A DNA stretch of 63,476 nucleotides, filler included, from Octopus bimaculoides (GCF_001194135.2; 7 parts of 7 records of this genome joined end to end with filler, not necessarily neighbours in it), one strand, 5' to 3'. Numbered from the whole stretch's first letter, positions 50,850 to 62,780 are shown. Numbers and translations are program-made. Notes: generated from the letters alone by a model not told the origin.

Positions 50850-51800
50850 CAACAACAACGAAAATGAAGAAATGAAACCTAAAGAGGGAAAGAAAAACCA
50901 AGAAAATTGTGAAAGAAACGCGAAGACCACCTCAGTCACCACCGCCTCCGTTGCCGCCACCACTGCCTCTTTTGCCACCACCAGCATCACCACTATCTAC
51001 GCTGCAGGTGCTAAAGTAGCGACTGCCACAAGAAATGGGATTCCTTTTGCGAGTGCTGCAAGAAATCTGGAGGATTTCCCATAGATGAAGAGTTTAAAAC
51101 TGGCCAGACGAATTGTAAAAAGAAACGGGAGAAGAGTAGCCCTCAACCATTCACCTGTGGCGAACGAAAACATTTTGAGATGTACTGTTACATACTGCTG
51201 CATCAGAGTAAAACTGCACCGGTGGGAAAATGCTACTAAGGTCCAAATTTAAAAAATGCTTTGGGCGTATGTGAGAACGCAAGACTCATATCACACAAAT
51301 AAAGAAGTTTGGTACAACTGAAGTGAGATTTTGGATCCCCAGTTACTGTGGCTAAGGCCTTATTAAAGTTAGAGTGATGAACGTGCCGCCAGAAATAGCC
51401 ATCACTTGGTTGGTGGAAGCCGTCTTGGTGGGTATAGAGGAAGAGGAGACTATCTTAGAGGTAAAGAAAATACCTCAACAAAACTGGTCAGGTTGAAACT
51501 GACTATGCCATCCCGGATGGCGCCCACCTGTCAGTGATAGTGGAGGATAGAAAGCTAAGTTGCCACATGTGTGGATCTGTGACTCATTTAAAGGCTCCCA
51601 CTGCTGCCAACATTACAAACACCACAAACACAAAATGAAGAGGACGTGCTCAGGACTCCAACACCCACACCCAAACCAAGATAACTATGGTGTTTATTCC
51701 CGGCTACCGCGATAAAGTAAGGTTCTCCTGAATGACCTGCTTCCCAAACTAACATCAGCAGCAATGAAAAGGAGAAAGTAGAGCAGGCCGAACCATGGGT
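50850..51800 (+). mobile_element. Tx1/L1-clade ORF1 remnant
   Basis: Low-complexity N-terminus, then IKVRVMNVPPEIAITWLVEAVL...LSVIVEDRKLSCHMCGSVTHLKA, a degenerate CX2CX4HX4C zinc knuckle. Confidence 0.65.
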
Positions 51801-52197
51801 CGCAGTAACAAAAGGGGGTGGGAGACGAAAGAAGAGAAGAACACAGCAAAGCAAACACAAAAACCACAACTGCAGCCCAATTCACAAACACTACAACAAC
51901 AACAACAACAACTAATAAAGACTGCAAAAAAAAAAGAAAATACTTCTAACTGTATGAAAAATGTATCCATTAATTTCAAAACCATTCCTCCACAAATCTG
52001 CGTATCATCGATGATGCAGCATTCTCTGCACCACTCTGCTTTTGGTCATTCACTGTTATAGTGTTCTCTCGTTCAAGTCCAACCCAGTTACATAGGACGT
52101 TATATATTTAACTAACACATGCTAAATTCATGTGCACATAATGTATTCTGTAATCAAATAAGCACTGTTACATATTAGCAATAAGAAAGCTACTTAC

Positions 52198-52357
52198 AGG
52201 CAGTGTGCTGCTGTGAGTACATGGGTAGGATCAATAAGGGTACCTCCACATGTAACATAGGAACTTCTTCTTGGCTGGTTGTAAATTTTTAAGTGGACAA
52301 TTGATGGGAATTCACACAAGGAAGCTGCTGAGCCAGCAACAATTTGGTCAATTGGGC
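52198..52357 (-). CDS. S1A (trypsin/chymotrypsin-family) serine protease, exon with mature N-terminus and catalytic His57
   Basis: Acceptor tttccttctattaaaatAG and donor GTAAGT (52197-52192). 160 nt, phase 1 to phase 2. Encodes PIDQ-IVAGSAASLCEFPSIVHLKIYNQPRRSSYVTCGGTLIDPTHVLTAAHC, containing the S1A signatures CGGTLI and LTAAHC with no stops. Confidence 0.95.
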
Positions 52358-52614
52358 CTATTTTAATAGAAGGAAATAAAATAAAATAAAAATATATATA
52401 AAAAATAAATTTTAAAAACTAACTGGAATACTTTCTCACCATGTAAAACATATTTTTATAGATGCACTCTCACACACAAACGCGCGCGCACACACACACA
52501 CACACGTAAATATGTTATGTAGGTACACACTCACATACATGCAAACACATTTATATGTATATATGTGTGTATGTATGCATGTTTCTGTATACATACATGT
52601 AAACGTATATATGT

Positions 52615-52665
52615 GCATCCCCGCCAGTCACGCGGGAGACCGGGGTTTGATTCCCCGCCAGGGAG
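52615..52665 (+). pseudogene. 5'-truncated tRNA-Asp(GTC) copy
   Basis: atccccgcc-agtcacgc-gggagaccggggtttgattccccgccagggag matches the 3' two-thirds of eukaryotic tRNA-Asp-GTC. The D-arm and 5' acceptor strand are absent. A T5 run follows at 52674-52678. Confidence 0.85.
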
Positions 52666-52680
52666 GCTTTATCTTTTTCA

Positions 52681-53075
52681 TAGGCGCAGGCGTGGCTGTG
52701 TGGTAAGAAGCTTGCCTACCAACCACATGGTTTCGAGTTTAGTCCCACTGCGTAGCACCTTGGGCAAGTGTCTTCTACTATAGCCTCAGGCCGACCAAAG
52801 CCTCGTGAGTGGATTTGGTAGATGGAAACTGAAAGAAACCCGTAGTATAAGTATGTGTGTGTGTGTGTGTGTGTTTGTGTGTCTATGTTTGTCCCCACAC
52901 CATCGCTTGACAACCGTTGTTGGTGTGTTTACGTCCTTGTAACTTAACGGTTAGGCAAAATAGACCCATAGAATAAGTACTAGGCTTGCAAAGAATAAGT
53001 CCTGGAGTCGATTTGTTCGACTAAAGGCGGTGCTCCAGCATGGCCGCAGTCATATGACTGAAACAAGTAAAAGAA
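52681..53075 (+). mobile_element. SINE family B, full length
   Basis: tRNA-like head gtggctgtgtggt...gagtttagtccc, CORE-like caccttgggcaagtgtctt, internal (GT)n and tail tgactgaaacaagtaaaaga. Confidence 0.93.
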
Positions 53076-54071
53076 TATACGTATATATATGTTTGCATTA
53101 CAGCTCATGAAGTTCATAGCAAATACGTTGCACTTCATGTCTGAAGCTCTGATGAACCTATGCTTCTGTGTATGTATGTATGTATGTATGTATGTGTATA
53201 TATATAAGCTCAAGAAATTCGTAACATAATTGCGTATATCTTTCACATTCCAACTTCTTGCAAACACTTTGAACTGAAGCATATGTATACTGAGTCCTAA
53301 CAGCAGGGTATTAGTATCGCATTGCATAANNNNNNNNNNNNNNNNNNNNNNNNNNNNNNNNNNNNNNNNNNNNNNNNNNNNNNNNNNNNNNNNNNNNNNN
53401 NNNNNNNNNNNNNNNNNNNNNNNNNNNNNNNNNNNNNNNNNNNNNNNNNNNNNNNNNNNNNNNNNNNNNNNNNNNNNNNNNNNNNNNNNNNNNNNNNNNN
53501 NNNNNNNNNNNNNNNNNNNNNNNNNNNNNNNNNNNNNNNNNNNNNNNNNNNNNNNNNNNNNNNNNNNNNNNNNNNNNNNNNNNNNNNNNNNNNNNNNNNN
53601 NNNNNNNNNNNNNNNNNNNNNNNNNNNNNNNNNNNNNNNNNNNNNNNNNNNNNNNNNNNNNNNNNNNNNNNNNNNNNNNNNNNNNNNNNNNNNNNNNNNN
53701 NNNNNNNNNNNNNNNNNNNNNNNNNNNNNNNNNNNNNNNNNNNNNNNNNNNNNNNNNNNNNNNNNNNNNNNNNNNNNNNNNNNNNNNNNNNNNNNNNNNN
53801 NNNNNNNNNNNNNNNNNNNNNNNNNNNNNNNNNNNNNNNNNNNNNNNNNNNNNNNNNNNNNNNNNNNNNNNNNNNNNNNNNNNNNNNNNNNNNNNNNNNN
53901 NNNNNNNNNNNNNNNNNNNNNNNNNNNNNNNNNNNNNNNNNNNNNNNNNNNNNNNNNNNNNNNNNNNNNNNNNNNNNNNNNNNNNNNNNNNNNNNNNNNN
54001 NNNNNNNNNNNNNNNNNNNNNNNNNNNNNNNNNNNNNNNNNNNNNNNNNNNNNNNNNNNNNNNNNNNNNNN

Positions 54072-54110
<39 letters not shown>

Positions 54111-54119
54111 TAAATATAC

Positions 54120-54150
<31 letters not shown>

Positions 54151-54251
54151 CATATACATACATATACATATATACACACACATGTATATACACACACACA
54201 TATATACATATATACATATATATATGTGTATATATGTGTATATATAACTCG

Positions 54252-54588
54252 ACTCCGTCGGTCACGAATGACCATGGGTGCACCTAAGAGGTTCCCCTCC
54301 GTGGTACAAGTCTGGGCGGAAAGTTGCCTCACCGGTTAACGCACAACCTAGGGTTGTTTTTATGGAAGACCAGCAGTTGCTCATGCACACAACCCCCCAC
54401 TCCCCACGCACCGATGTTATCCAAGGGAAAGGCGAAGTTCGATACAGCTTGGCACCAGTGACGTTGCAATTCATTTCCACAGCTGACTGAACTGAAGCAA
54501 CGTGAAATAAAGTGTCTTGCTCAAGAACACAACACGCAAGCCCGGTCCGTAAGCCCGACACTCTAACCACTGAGTTACGCGCCTTCAC
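54252..54588 (-). mobile_element. SINE family C variant
   Basis: The head (gtgaaggcgcgtaactcagtggttagagtgtcgggc) and CORE-like gtgttcttgagcaagacacttt match 42781. The body differs; the end actccgtcgg matches 1805-1815 reversed. Confidence 0.85.
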
Positions 54589-54590
54589 AT

Positions 54591-54591
54591 G

Positions 54592-54687
<96 letters not shown>

Positions 54688-54691
54688 TCTA

Positions 54692-54723
<32 letters not shown>

Positions 54724-54733
54724 TCTATCTATC
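54591..54733. repeat. (CTAT)n/(CTGT)n microsatellite
   Basis: Seen directly. Similar tracts at 23628-23695, 33293-33365 and 58735-58765. Confidence 0.97.
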
Positions 54734-54833
54734 NNNNNNNNNNNNNNNNNNNNNNNNNNNNNNNNNNNNNNNNNNNNTTAATTAATTAANNNNNNNNNNN
54801 NNNNNNNNNNNNNNNNNNNNNNNNNNNNNNNNN
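54734..54833. other. Synthetic 100-bp assembly linker
   Basis: 44 N + TTAATTAATTAA + 44 N. Confidence 0.97.
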
Positions 54834-55642
54834 TATATATATATATATGTACACGGTTAGATTTTTATGAATCTATAATCGTATATGTATATTTATGTCT
54901 TTAACTATATACACACACAAACACACACACAGACACACATACAGACACACACATACACATACGCACATGGCGTACACCATCGTGAAAACATATTTTTTCC
55001 TAAACATAAACTTCAGTTCCTGCACCATGTAAGTTGACAAGATATTTATTGTGACAGACAGGGATGAAGGAGCTGATAGTCTTAATGAATCGACCGAAAA
55101 TACTTCCATCGCTATTTTTAATAATTCCATGTTTATATTTCCAATCAAACATAAATGTCATGAATTTATAGAGCTCTGTTACATTCTTAGATATAAACGT
55201 AGGAATATTGAACATAATATTTAGAAAGAGCATATCAATATACACAAAAAAGCACCCAAGCAAATGCCTGTACGTGAACGGAGAAGGTGAGTGTTTCCCA
55301 TGGATAGAAAATATTTGTCGACAAATCCCTTCTCAAACGTGGTTTAAAGTTTTCTTCATCTTAAGAAGCTTTAATGCAGCACGTCTTATGAGTAAAATAA
55401 GTAATCGTTGTTATTGTCATGAGAATTTTCTTCCAGTCAGCCTCCTGTTAAGTAACTTAATATGACTAGTTATGAGTTATACAGAGTAAATGAAGGAGAA
55501 GTATAGATAAACACGTCTATATGATAGGTATGATTTGATAGGTATGGGACAAACACAAGTTAATATGGTAGTTCCTACACCCGTTTCACCATTATGGTTT
55601 TTAAATCGCGTGACTCGTAGTAGTTAAAATTATAAATAATAA

Positions 55643-55858
55643 TGGTTTCAAATTTTGGCACAAAGCCAGCAAGTTCAGAGTCGGGGTTAAGTTGATTACA
55701 TCGACCCCAGTAATCAATTGGTACTCATTTTAAGGACCCCAGAAGGATGAAAGGCAAAGTCGACCTCGGCGGAATTTGAACTCAGAACGTAACGACGGGC
55801 GAGATGCTGCTAAACATTTCGCCCCAGCGTGCTAACGATTCTGCCACCTCGCCGCCTT
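55643..55858 (-). mobile_element. SINE family A
   Basis: Reverse complement of aaggcggcgaggtggcagaatcgttagcac...gttctgagttcaaattccgccgaggtcgac; adjacent to an (AAT)n/(GAT)n tract at 55859-55990. Confidence 0.92.
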
Positions 55859-55859
55859 A

Positions 55860-55910
<51 letters not shown>

Positions 55911-55927
55911 TGATGATGATGATGATG

Positions 55928-55990
<63 letters not shown>

Positions 55991-57313
55991 GCGTGCATTG
56001 GGTCCAAAACCCCAGAGATGGAAAAAGTCGAATGCTTTCCGCGAAACACGAACCCACGTCTCCTGTGAACATGACAGGTGTTCTGCCATTATACCAAAGC
56101 AACACTTCGAATTTCCTACATCCATTTCGGAAGCGTTATTCTTACCATGGAGAATTGTAAAATGTTTACAATATGATGATTCAAAATGAGATACAAAATA
56201 AATTACTTTTAACGATGAAACTCGAAGTCATTAGCTTTTCATTCAAAGGTGTCTTTTTTTTTTACTCAATATTCTACACGCTTTTATTTATAGCTTTATC
56301 TACTTCGGGTTCCAACTTAAAAAAAAATTAATTATTATTTAATAATGAATGAGAAATTATAATTTTATAAATCGGACATGCAATAGCACAACACAAGAAC
56401 AAATTTACCCATAATGAAACAATGTAAAGTCACATAAACCACGTTTCTAGTACATTACAAGAACCAGATGAATTCTAGTGAGAAAATGGACAAATATATC
56501 ATTATATAACCCTTTGTGATGCCATATGTATAAATCCAAATCACAAACTCGTACTCAGAATATATTAACAAACGGAACATTAAAATGAAAACCAACTGAT
56601 TGAAACAAAGCTTCAGCTTGGCAAACTTCAGAATGTGTTCTATTCAGATAACCAGTGTAACAATGAAACTTCAGTCTAAACATGAGAGTTGCAAACTTCA
56701 TGACTCAGACTCTTATATTGAGAACACAAATATGGCACATTCTCGTCGGTTGACCGTGCGTATAAATCAGTGAACAAAATAAAATTGCAAAGACAAAAAA
56801 ATTCATTAGTTCATAATACTACTATATTATATAGAATTCTTAGTAAGCTGAGAATAATTATAACGGATTTATTGATAGCAAATATTTAGTACAAGTGTAT
56901 CAGTCATAGAATGAAACGTAAAATATAACAGGATTGGAAAAACGTTGAGAATTTTTTAGCTCCGATGCGAATGATCTTTATCAGTTATAAAAAGTTTTCC
57001 CATATTTGTAAACAGCAGCAAATTGCACGAACAGCTGGCTACTTCTGCAATAATTACATTCTGTTGATGATGCCATTAATGAACTAAAGAATTTAAGAAT
57101 TCAGTTGTTCCAAACTAAATATGAAGGAGTAAAAAGGGAGTTTAAAAAACGCAGTTTACTAGAACAGAGTCGAGGAGACACGTGGTATGTTATTATAGAT
57201 CTGCCAAATGATTTTATCTCTAACCATGAAACTATTAGCTGCTCATATGTAAATTATGTGCGTGTGTGCGGGGCTGTGTGGGTGTGGGGTGTGTGTGTGT
57301 GTGTTACTTTGTT

Positions 57314-57697
57314 CTTTTAATCTTTTATTTGTCTCGGTCATTTGACTGCGGCCATGCTGGAGTACTGCCTTTAGTCGAACAAATCGACCCCAGAACTTAT
57401 TCTTTGTAAGCCTAGTACTTATTCTATTGGTGTCTTTTGCCGAACCGCTAAGTTACCGGGATGTAAGCACACCAACAAGCGATGGTGGGGGGACAAACAG
57501 ACGCACATACACAAATATATGTATATATACACATGACGGGTTTCTTTCAGTTTCCGTCTACCAAATCCACTCACAAGGCTTTGGTCGGCCCTTGGCTATA
57601 GTAGAAGACACTTGCCCAAGGTTCCACGCAGTGGGACTAAACCAAGAACTATGTGGTTGGGAAGGAAGCTTCTTATAATACAGCTACTCCTGCGCCT
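57314..57697 (-). mobile_element. SINE family B, full length
   Basis: Colinear reverse complement of 52681-53075. Confidence 0.93.
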
Positions 57698-57728
<31 letters not shown>

Positions 57729-57778
57729 CATATATANNNNNNNNNNNNNNNNNNNNNNNNNNNNNNNNNNNNNNNNNN

Positions 57779-58037
57779 ATTTCACCCGGCGGGCTAACGT
57801 TTCCTATTTCTTTACTGCCTACAAGGGGCTACACACAAAGGGGACAAACAAGGATAGACAAACGGATTAAGTCGATTATATCGACCTCAGTGCGTAACTG
57901 GTACTTAATTTATCGACCCCGAAAGGATGAAAGGCAAAGTCGACCTCGGCGGAATTTCACCTCAGAACGTAACGGCAGACGAAATGCCGATAAGCATTTC
58001 GCCCGGCGCGCTAACGTTTCTGCCAGCTCGCCGCCTT
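57779..58037 (-). mobile_element. SINE family A with alternative tail, joined to a second headless unit
   Basis: Family A head and centre. Tail ...gtagccccttgtaggcagtaaagaaatag is followed directly by gaaacgttagcccgccgggtgaaat. Confidence 0.9.
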
Positions 58038-58054
58038 TACAAGCACACAAATAG

Positions 58055-58200
58055 CGGTAGATTGGTACACTCGTTAGAGGGATGGACAAAATGTCTAGTA
58101 GCATTTCTTTCGAAACAATACGTTCTGAGTTCAAATCCTACCTAGGGCAAATTTAACTTTTGAGCCTCCTGAAGTCTATAAAATATCAATTCAGTCCTAG
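58055..58200 (+). mobile_element. SINE family A, degraded
   Basis: gcggtagattggta...cgttag...tacgttctgagttcaaatcc. Confidence 0.55.
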
Positions 58201-58279
58201 GGTTCACTAACGGCACACCTAACAAAACTGTAGACTACGAAACGATGTAGCAATATATGTCTTGTCTTATCATTTCTGT

Positions 58280-58392
58280 TTGACTTTGTTCAGTCATTGA
58301 AGTGCAGTCATGCTGGGGCATTGATCGGAAGGGTTTAGTCGAACAAATCGATCTCAGTACCTATTTTTAAAGGGTGGTACTTATTGTATCGG

Positions 58393-58425
<33 letters not shown>

Positions 58426-58490
58426 TAGAATCGCTAATTTATGGGGATGTAAGCAGACTCACACCGGTCACCGGTCAACGGTTCTCACAC
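58280..58490 (-). mobile_element. SINE family B fragment
   Basis: cagtcattg...gtcatgctggggca...ttagtcgaacaaatcgatctcagtac...tggtacttattgtatcggtc. Confidence 0.75.
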
Positions 58491-58728
58491 AGGAGTTGGG
58501 AGAAAGACAAATACAGATACATATACATATACCATAAACTCAAACCACACACACCCATTATATATGTATATACACATAAAAGCGTGTATATATATAATAT
58601 ATATGTATATATAAATGCATACATATATATACATATAGATATATAGATATATACATATTGATACGTATATATGTATAGTATATATATAAATCTATATATC
58701 TATATATCTATATCTATATCTATATCTA

Positions 58729-58765
<37 letters not shown>

Positions 58766-58907
58766 NNNNNNNNNNNNNNNNNNNNNNNNNNNNNNNNNNN
58801 NNNNNNNNNNNNNNNNNNNNNNNNNNNNNNNNNNNNNNNNNNNNNNNNNNNNNNNNNNNNNNNNNNNNNNNNNNNNNNNNNNNNNNNNNNNNNNNNNNNN
58901 NNNNNNN

Positions 58908-58946
<39 letters not shown>

Positions 58947-58975
58947 ATGTATATATATGTGTGTGTGTGTGTGTG

Positions 58976-59184
58976 TATAATTGAAAAATTGGAATGGTTA
59001 AGGCTGGACATTCATTTTCAAATAACTACAATTGTTTCCACGCAACATAGTTCTCCAGGAGTGTAAGTAGTTGATTATGCAACCTGCACTCCTGGAGAAC
59101 GATGTTACGTCAAAACAACTGTGGTGATTCAAATATAAATGTCCATCCGGACCCCTTTTGTCGACTCCAAGTCTTTCAATTATA
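58976..59184. mobile_element. Fold-back MITE-like element, about 209 bp
   Basis: Terminal TATAATTGAAA / TTTCAATTATA. The two halves are imperfect reverse complements along their length, with a 14-bp perfect core gttctccaggagtg / cactcctggagaac. Confidence 0.8.
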
Positions 59185-59617
59185 TTTTCACACACGACAG
59201 ATGCTCAAACGCAAACCTGGAACTACATATAATACTACTACAACCGGTGAGCACAGGGTGACATCTGAAGGTGGACGAGTTTTATACTGTACTCTACTAA
59301 GTTCTTAACAGAATATACCATAACTATATATATATAACAATTAGAAAATGGAGGATAATATGCTCCACTTTTACCCGCTCCCATTGATTGCACCTAGTAT
59401 AGCACTAGTGTAGCAATAATTGGGTACCCTCCTAGCAGTATACTGGATAGATACTATCCCTTAGTGGGTTGAACCCCCAACCCCTAACTCTCTCACGTTA
59501 TATATATATATATATATATATATATACCAGCGTTCCAGCATGGCTACAGCCTTGGGGCCGAAACATGTAAAAGAATAAAAGAATATACATATATTGTTTT
59601 CTGCAGTTTTCTAGTTG

Positions 59618-59680
<63 letters not shown>
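59618..59680. repeat. (CTA)n microsatellite
   Basis: Seen directly in the sequence. Confidence 0.97.
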
Positions 59681-60065
59681 TCGCTACTACTCCCACTGCT
59701 TCTTGCTACTCTTACTACCGCACCACCTCATTGTAATCCTTACCAGTTAATCCCTAATCCATAATCTGTCCAGGTGTCAGAGTTACTGAGATGGAAGATT
59801 TACATGAGAGGGAGGAGTGGGTGGTGAGAGGAAGAGGGGTGATGGGTACCTCCAATGGATTACTGTCATCCATACACTCACGGTTAGTGTATTTAATGTA
59901 GCAACGGCAGCAGCAGCAGGTGTATGTGTAGTTGTAGTATTAGCATTGGTATTAATAGTAGTGGTATTGATGAATGGTATGGTAGTCACTTGTTGTAGTC
60001 GTACCGTGTTGTAGAACCTTGACTACATTCCCTCATTCTCCTTTCTCAGTCGCACCCACCCTGTA

Positions 60066-60110
<45 letters not shown>

Positions 60111-60210
60111 NNNNNNNNNNNNNNNNNNNNNNNNNNNNNNNNNNNNNNNNNNNNTTAATTAATTAANNNNNNNNNNNNNNNNNNNNNNNNNNNNNNNNNN
60201 NNNNNNNNNN
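60111..60210. other. Synthetic 100-bp assembly linker
   Basis: 44 N + TTAATTAATTAA + 44 N. Confidence 0.97.
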
Positions 60211-60470
60211 GAATAAAATTTATTGGAAAAAAACCGCAATAATTATGCACCAACCTAATAATAATAATAATAATTTATAAAGGTTGACATAACTCTTCAA
60301 GAAGGTAATTTGACAATTAAAAGAACATGACGCAATTTGTAAAAGATTTGAACAATATTTCAACAGATTGTCTATGTTCTTCAGTTTTAAAATGTAAAAT
60401 GAGAAAAAAAAAACGCATTCATAATGCAGGATTTCCTTGTTTATATTTTGAATTTTTGTGTTTCTGTAAG

Positions 60471-60544
60471 AATTAAATACCAGGCAAGTACTGGGGTCAA
60501 TGTGATCGACTAATCCCTGCCCCCTTGTGCCTTCAGTAGAAAGG
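60471..60544 (+). mobile_element. SINE family A 3' fragment
   Basis: taccaggcaagtactggggtcaatgtgatcgact...ccttgtgccttcagtagaaagg followed by (ATT)n. Confidence 0.8.
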
Positions 60545-60773
60545 ATTATTATTATTATCATTATTATTATTATTATTATTGTATCCAAGGTTACTCAAGC
60601 ATGTAAATCCATTGAATTTTATTATCATGTCCTCCCTCCCTCCCCCACTTCTTCCTTATTACATCCCAAACAAATTTTCACAATTGTATAAAAAAAGAAA
60701 AGGAAACGAAATAATGCTCTATGTATATTTTCTTTATAATCAAGCTTCTGTTGCTTTATTTTTGTTTCTTGTT

Positions 60774-60837
<64 letters not shown>

Positions 60838-60906
60838 TACACACATACATTTATATATGCATATATATACACACAGATATACGTATATAAATGGATATGT
60901 GTATGT

Positions 60907-60982
<76 letters not shown>

Positions 60983-61182
60983 TCATATATATACATACTT
61001 ATTTATATGCATATATATGTTTACACATATTCATACATGCTCACACAACATATAAAATATGTATGCCCAGAATATGCAAATGCATCTATATATGCAGATA
61101 TACACATATGTGTGTATGCGTGTGTATTTTGTTTTTGGATTTGGTTTCCAAGATTCTTTATGTGAGTTTGTGTGTTGAAAGT

Positions 61183-61385
61183 TATTTTGTTGTGTCTGGG
61201 GAGAGTCATTCTCTTTTGGTGCCTTATTATTTAACGCACTCACCAGTGAATGACTATTGAAGTGGTTGCAAGATGCAACAGAAATTTTAGAAAACATAAA
61301 TAAGTAAATGAGTGGAAATCAAACCAGTGTGTGTGTTAGATAATAAGGCACTAAAAGGGAGTGACTCTCCCGAGACACAATAATA
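61183..61385. mobile_element. MITE-like element with ~55-bp imperfect TIRs
   Basis: ttgtgtctggggagagtcattctcttttggtgccttattatttaac (from 61190) pairs with gttagataataaggcactaaaagggagtgactctcccgagacacaa (to 61380). Confidence 0.85.
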
Positions 61386-61398
61386 TATGTATATGTGT

Positions 61399-61450
<52 letters not shown>

Positions 61451-61709
61451 TTACATGTATATAATATATATATATATTTATGTATATATATATACACACA
61501 CACATATACACACACCTATATATCCATACATACATGTATACATATATGCTGACACATGCATTTTCACACACACACACACACACACATATAATTACATTAT
61601 TTGTGGCATTGTACCAGTGTAATAAATAAATAAATGAATAAATAAATAAATTAGAAAATGAATTTTGTTTTTAAATGTAAAAAAAAAATGTGAAAAAAAA
61701 ATAATAAAA

Positions 61710-61809
61710 NNNNNNNNNNNNNNNNNNNNNNNNNNNNNNNNNNNNNNNNNNNNTTAATTAATTAANNNNNNNNNNNNNNNNNNNNNNNNNNNNNNNNNNN
61801 NNNNNNNNN
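61710..61809. other. Synthetic 100-bp assembly linker
   Basis: 44 N + TTAATTAATTAA + 44 N. Confidence 0.97.
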
Positions 61810-61857
<48 letters not shown>

Positions 61858-62079
61858 TTATAAATTGATAGATATAAATATATCTATGCATATGTATATG
61901 TATATATATATATGTATACATCCACATACACACAGAGACAAAGACACAGACAGACACACACACGCACACATACACACACATATATGTTCGTGTATATCAG
62001 CGTAAGTATGAATGTGTGATTGCGATTATATGTTTGCGTGTTCATGTGTATTTATGTTGGTGTATTATGTCTGAAAGTG

Positions 62080-62131
<52 letters not shown>

Positions 62132-62454
62132 GCGTGATTGTGTTTTGACGGCTAAGTATAGATATAAATGTAAATTTATATAGCAGTACTCACACATCTA
62201 TTTGTATGTATAAGAGCATATCTTTTAGTGTTATGGCGTACAGAAAATACGTATGTATTATCGCGATGACAGCCTCAAATAAGCACACACTTATAACTTT
62301 ATATCTTTTTATATAGGCACAGATATAGACGCACAAAATATTGTATGATATCACGCTAATGTGAAATGTACTTAAGTGAAAGAAAGAACTCAAATACTGT
62401 TTTGGCAGGAGTGGAATGATATTCGTTTGAGTGAGTTACTACTCAGAGTTTAAC

Positions 62455-62645
62455 GTCCCTTTTACTTGTTTCAATCATTAGATTCCGGCCATGCTGGGGC
62501 ACCGCCTTGAAGAACTTTTAGTCAAATATATCAACCCCAGTACTTTTTAAGCCTGGTACTTATTCTATCGATATCTTTTGCTGAACTGCTAGAATACGGG
62601 GACGGAAACACACCAATACTGGTTGTCAAACGGTGATGGGTGGAG
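62455..62645 (-). mobile_element. SINE family B fragment
   Basis: ttttacttgtttcaatcatt...cggccatgctggggcaccgcc...cctggtacttattctatcg...cggggacggaaacacacca. Confidence 0.85.
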
Positions 62646-62780
62646 TAACAAAAGCAGGCATCATCACCGAACTTGGAGCTTGACTATAGTCTGTCCATAG
62701 CACTTACTCAGCATTACCTGACACCTTTGGGTATTCTTGACACCATTACCTCCCATAACCTCAATATATATATTTATTCA

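Noticed and set aside
52400-53330. Candidate signal-peptide exon of the protease (donor-like sites near 52439 and 53105)
   Set aside because: The first has the wrong phase and neither has a hydrophobic signal sequence.
55010-55295. Plus-strand GTAAGT and GTGAGT donor-like sites
   Set aside because: The implied exons are short and have no recognisable homology; such hexamers are common by chance.
56400-57240. Possible decayed transposase or exon (VDDAINELKNLRIQLFQTKYEG...)
   Set aside because: No diagnostic motif; cannot be assigned without a database search.
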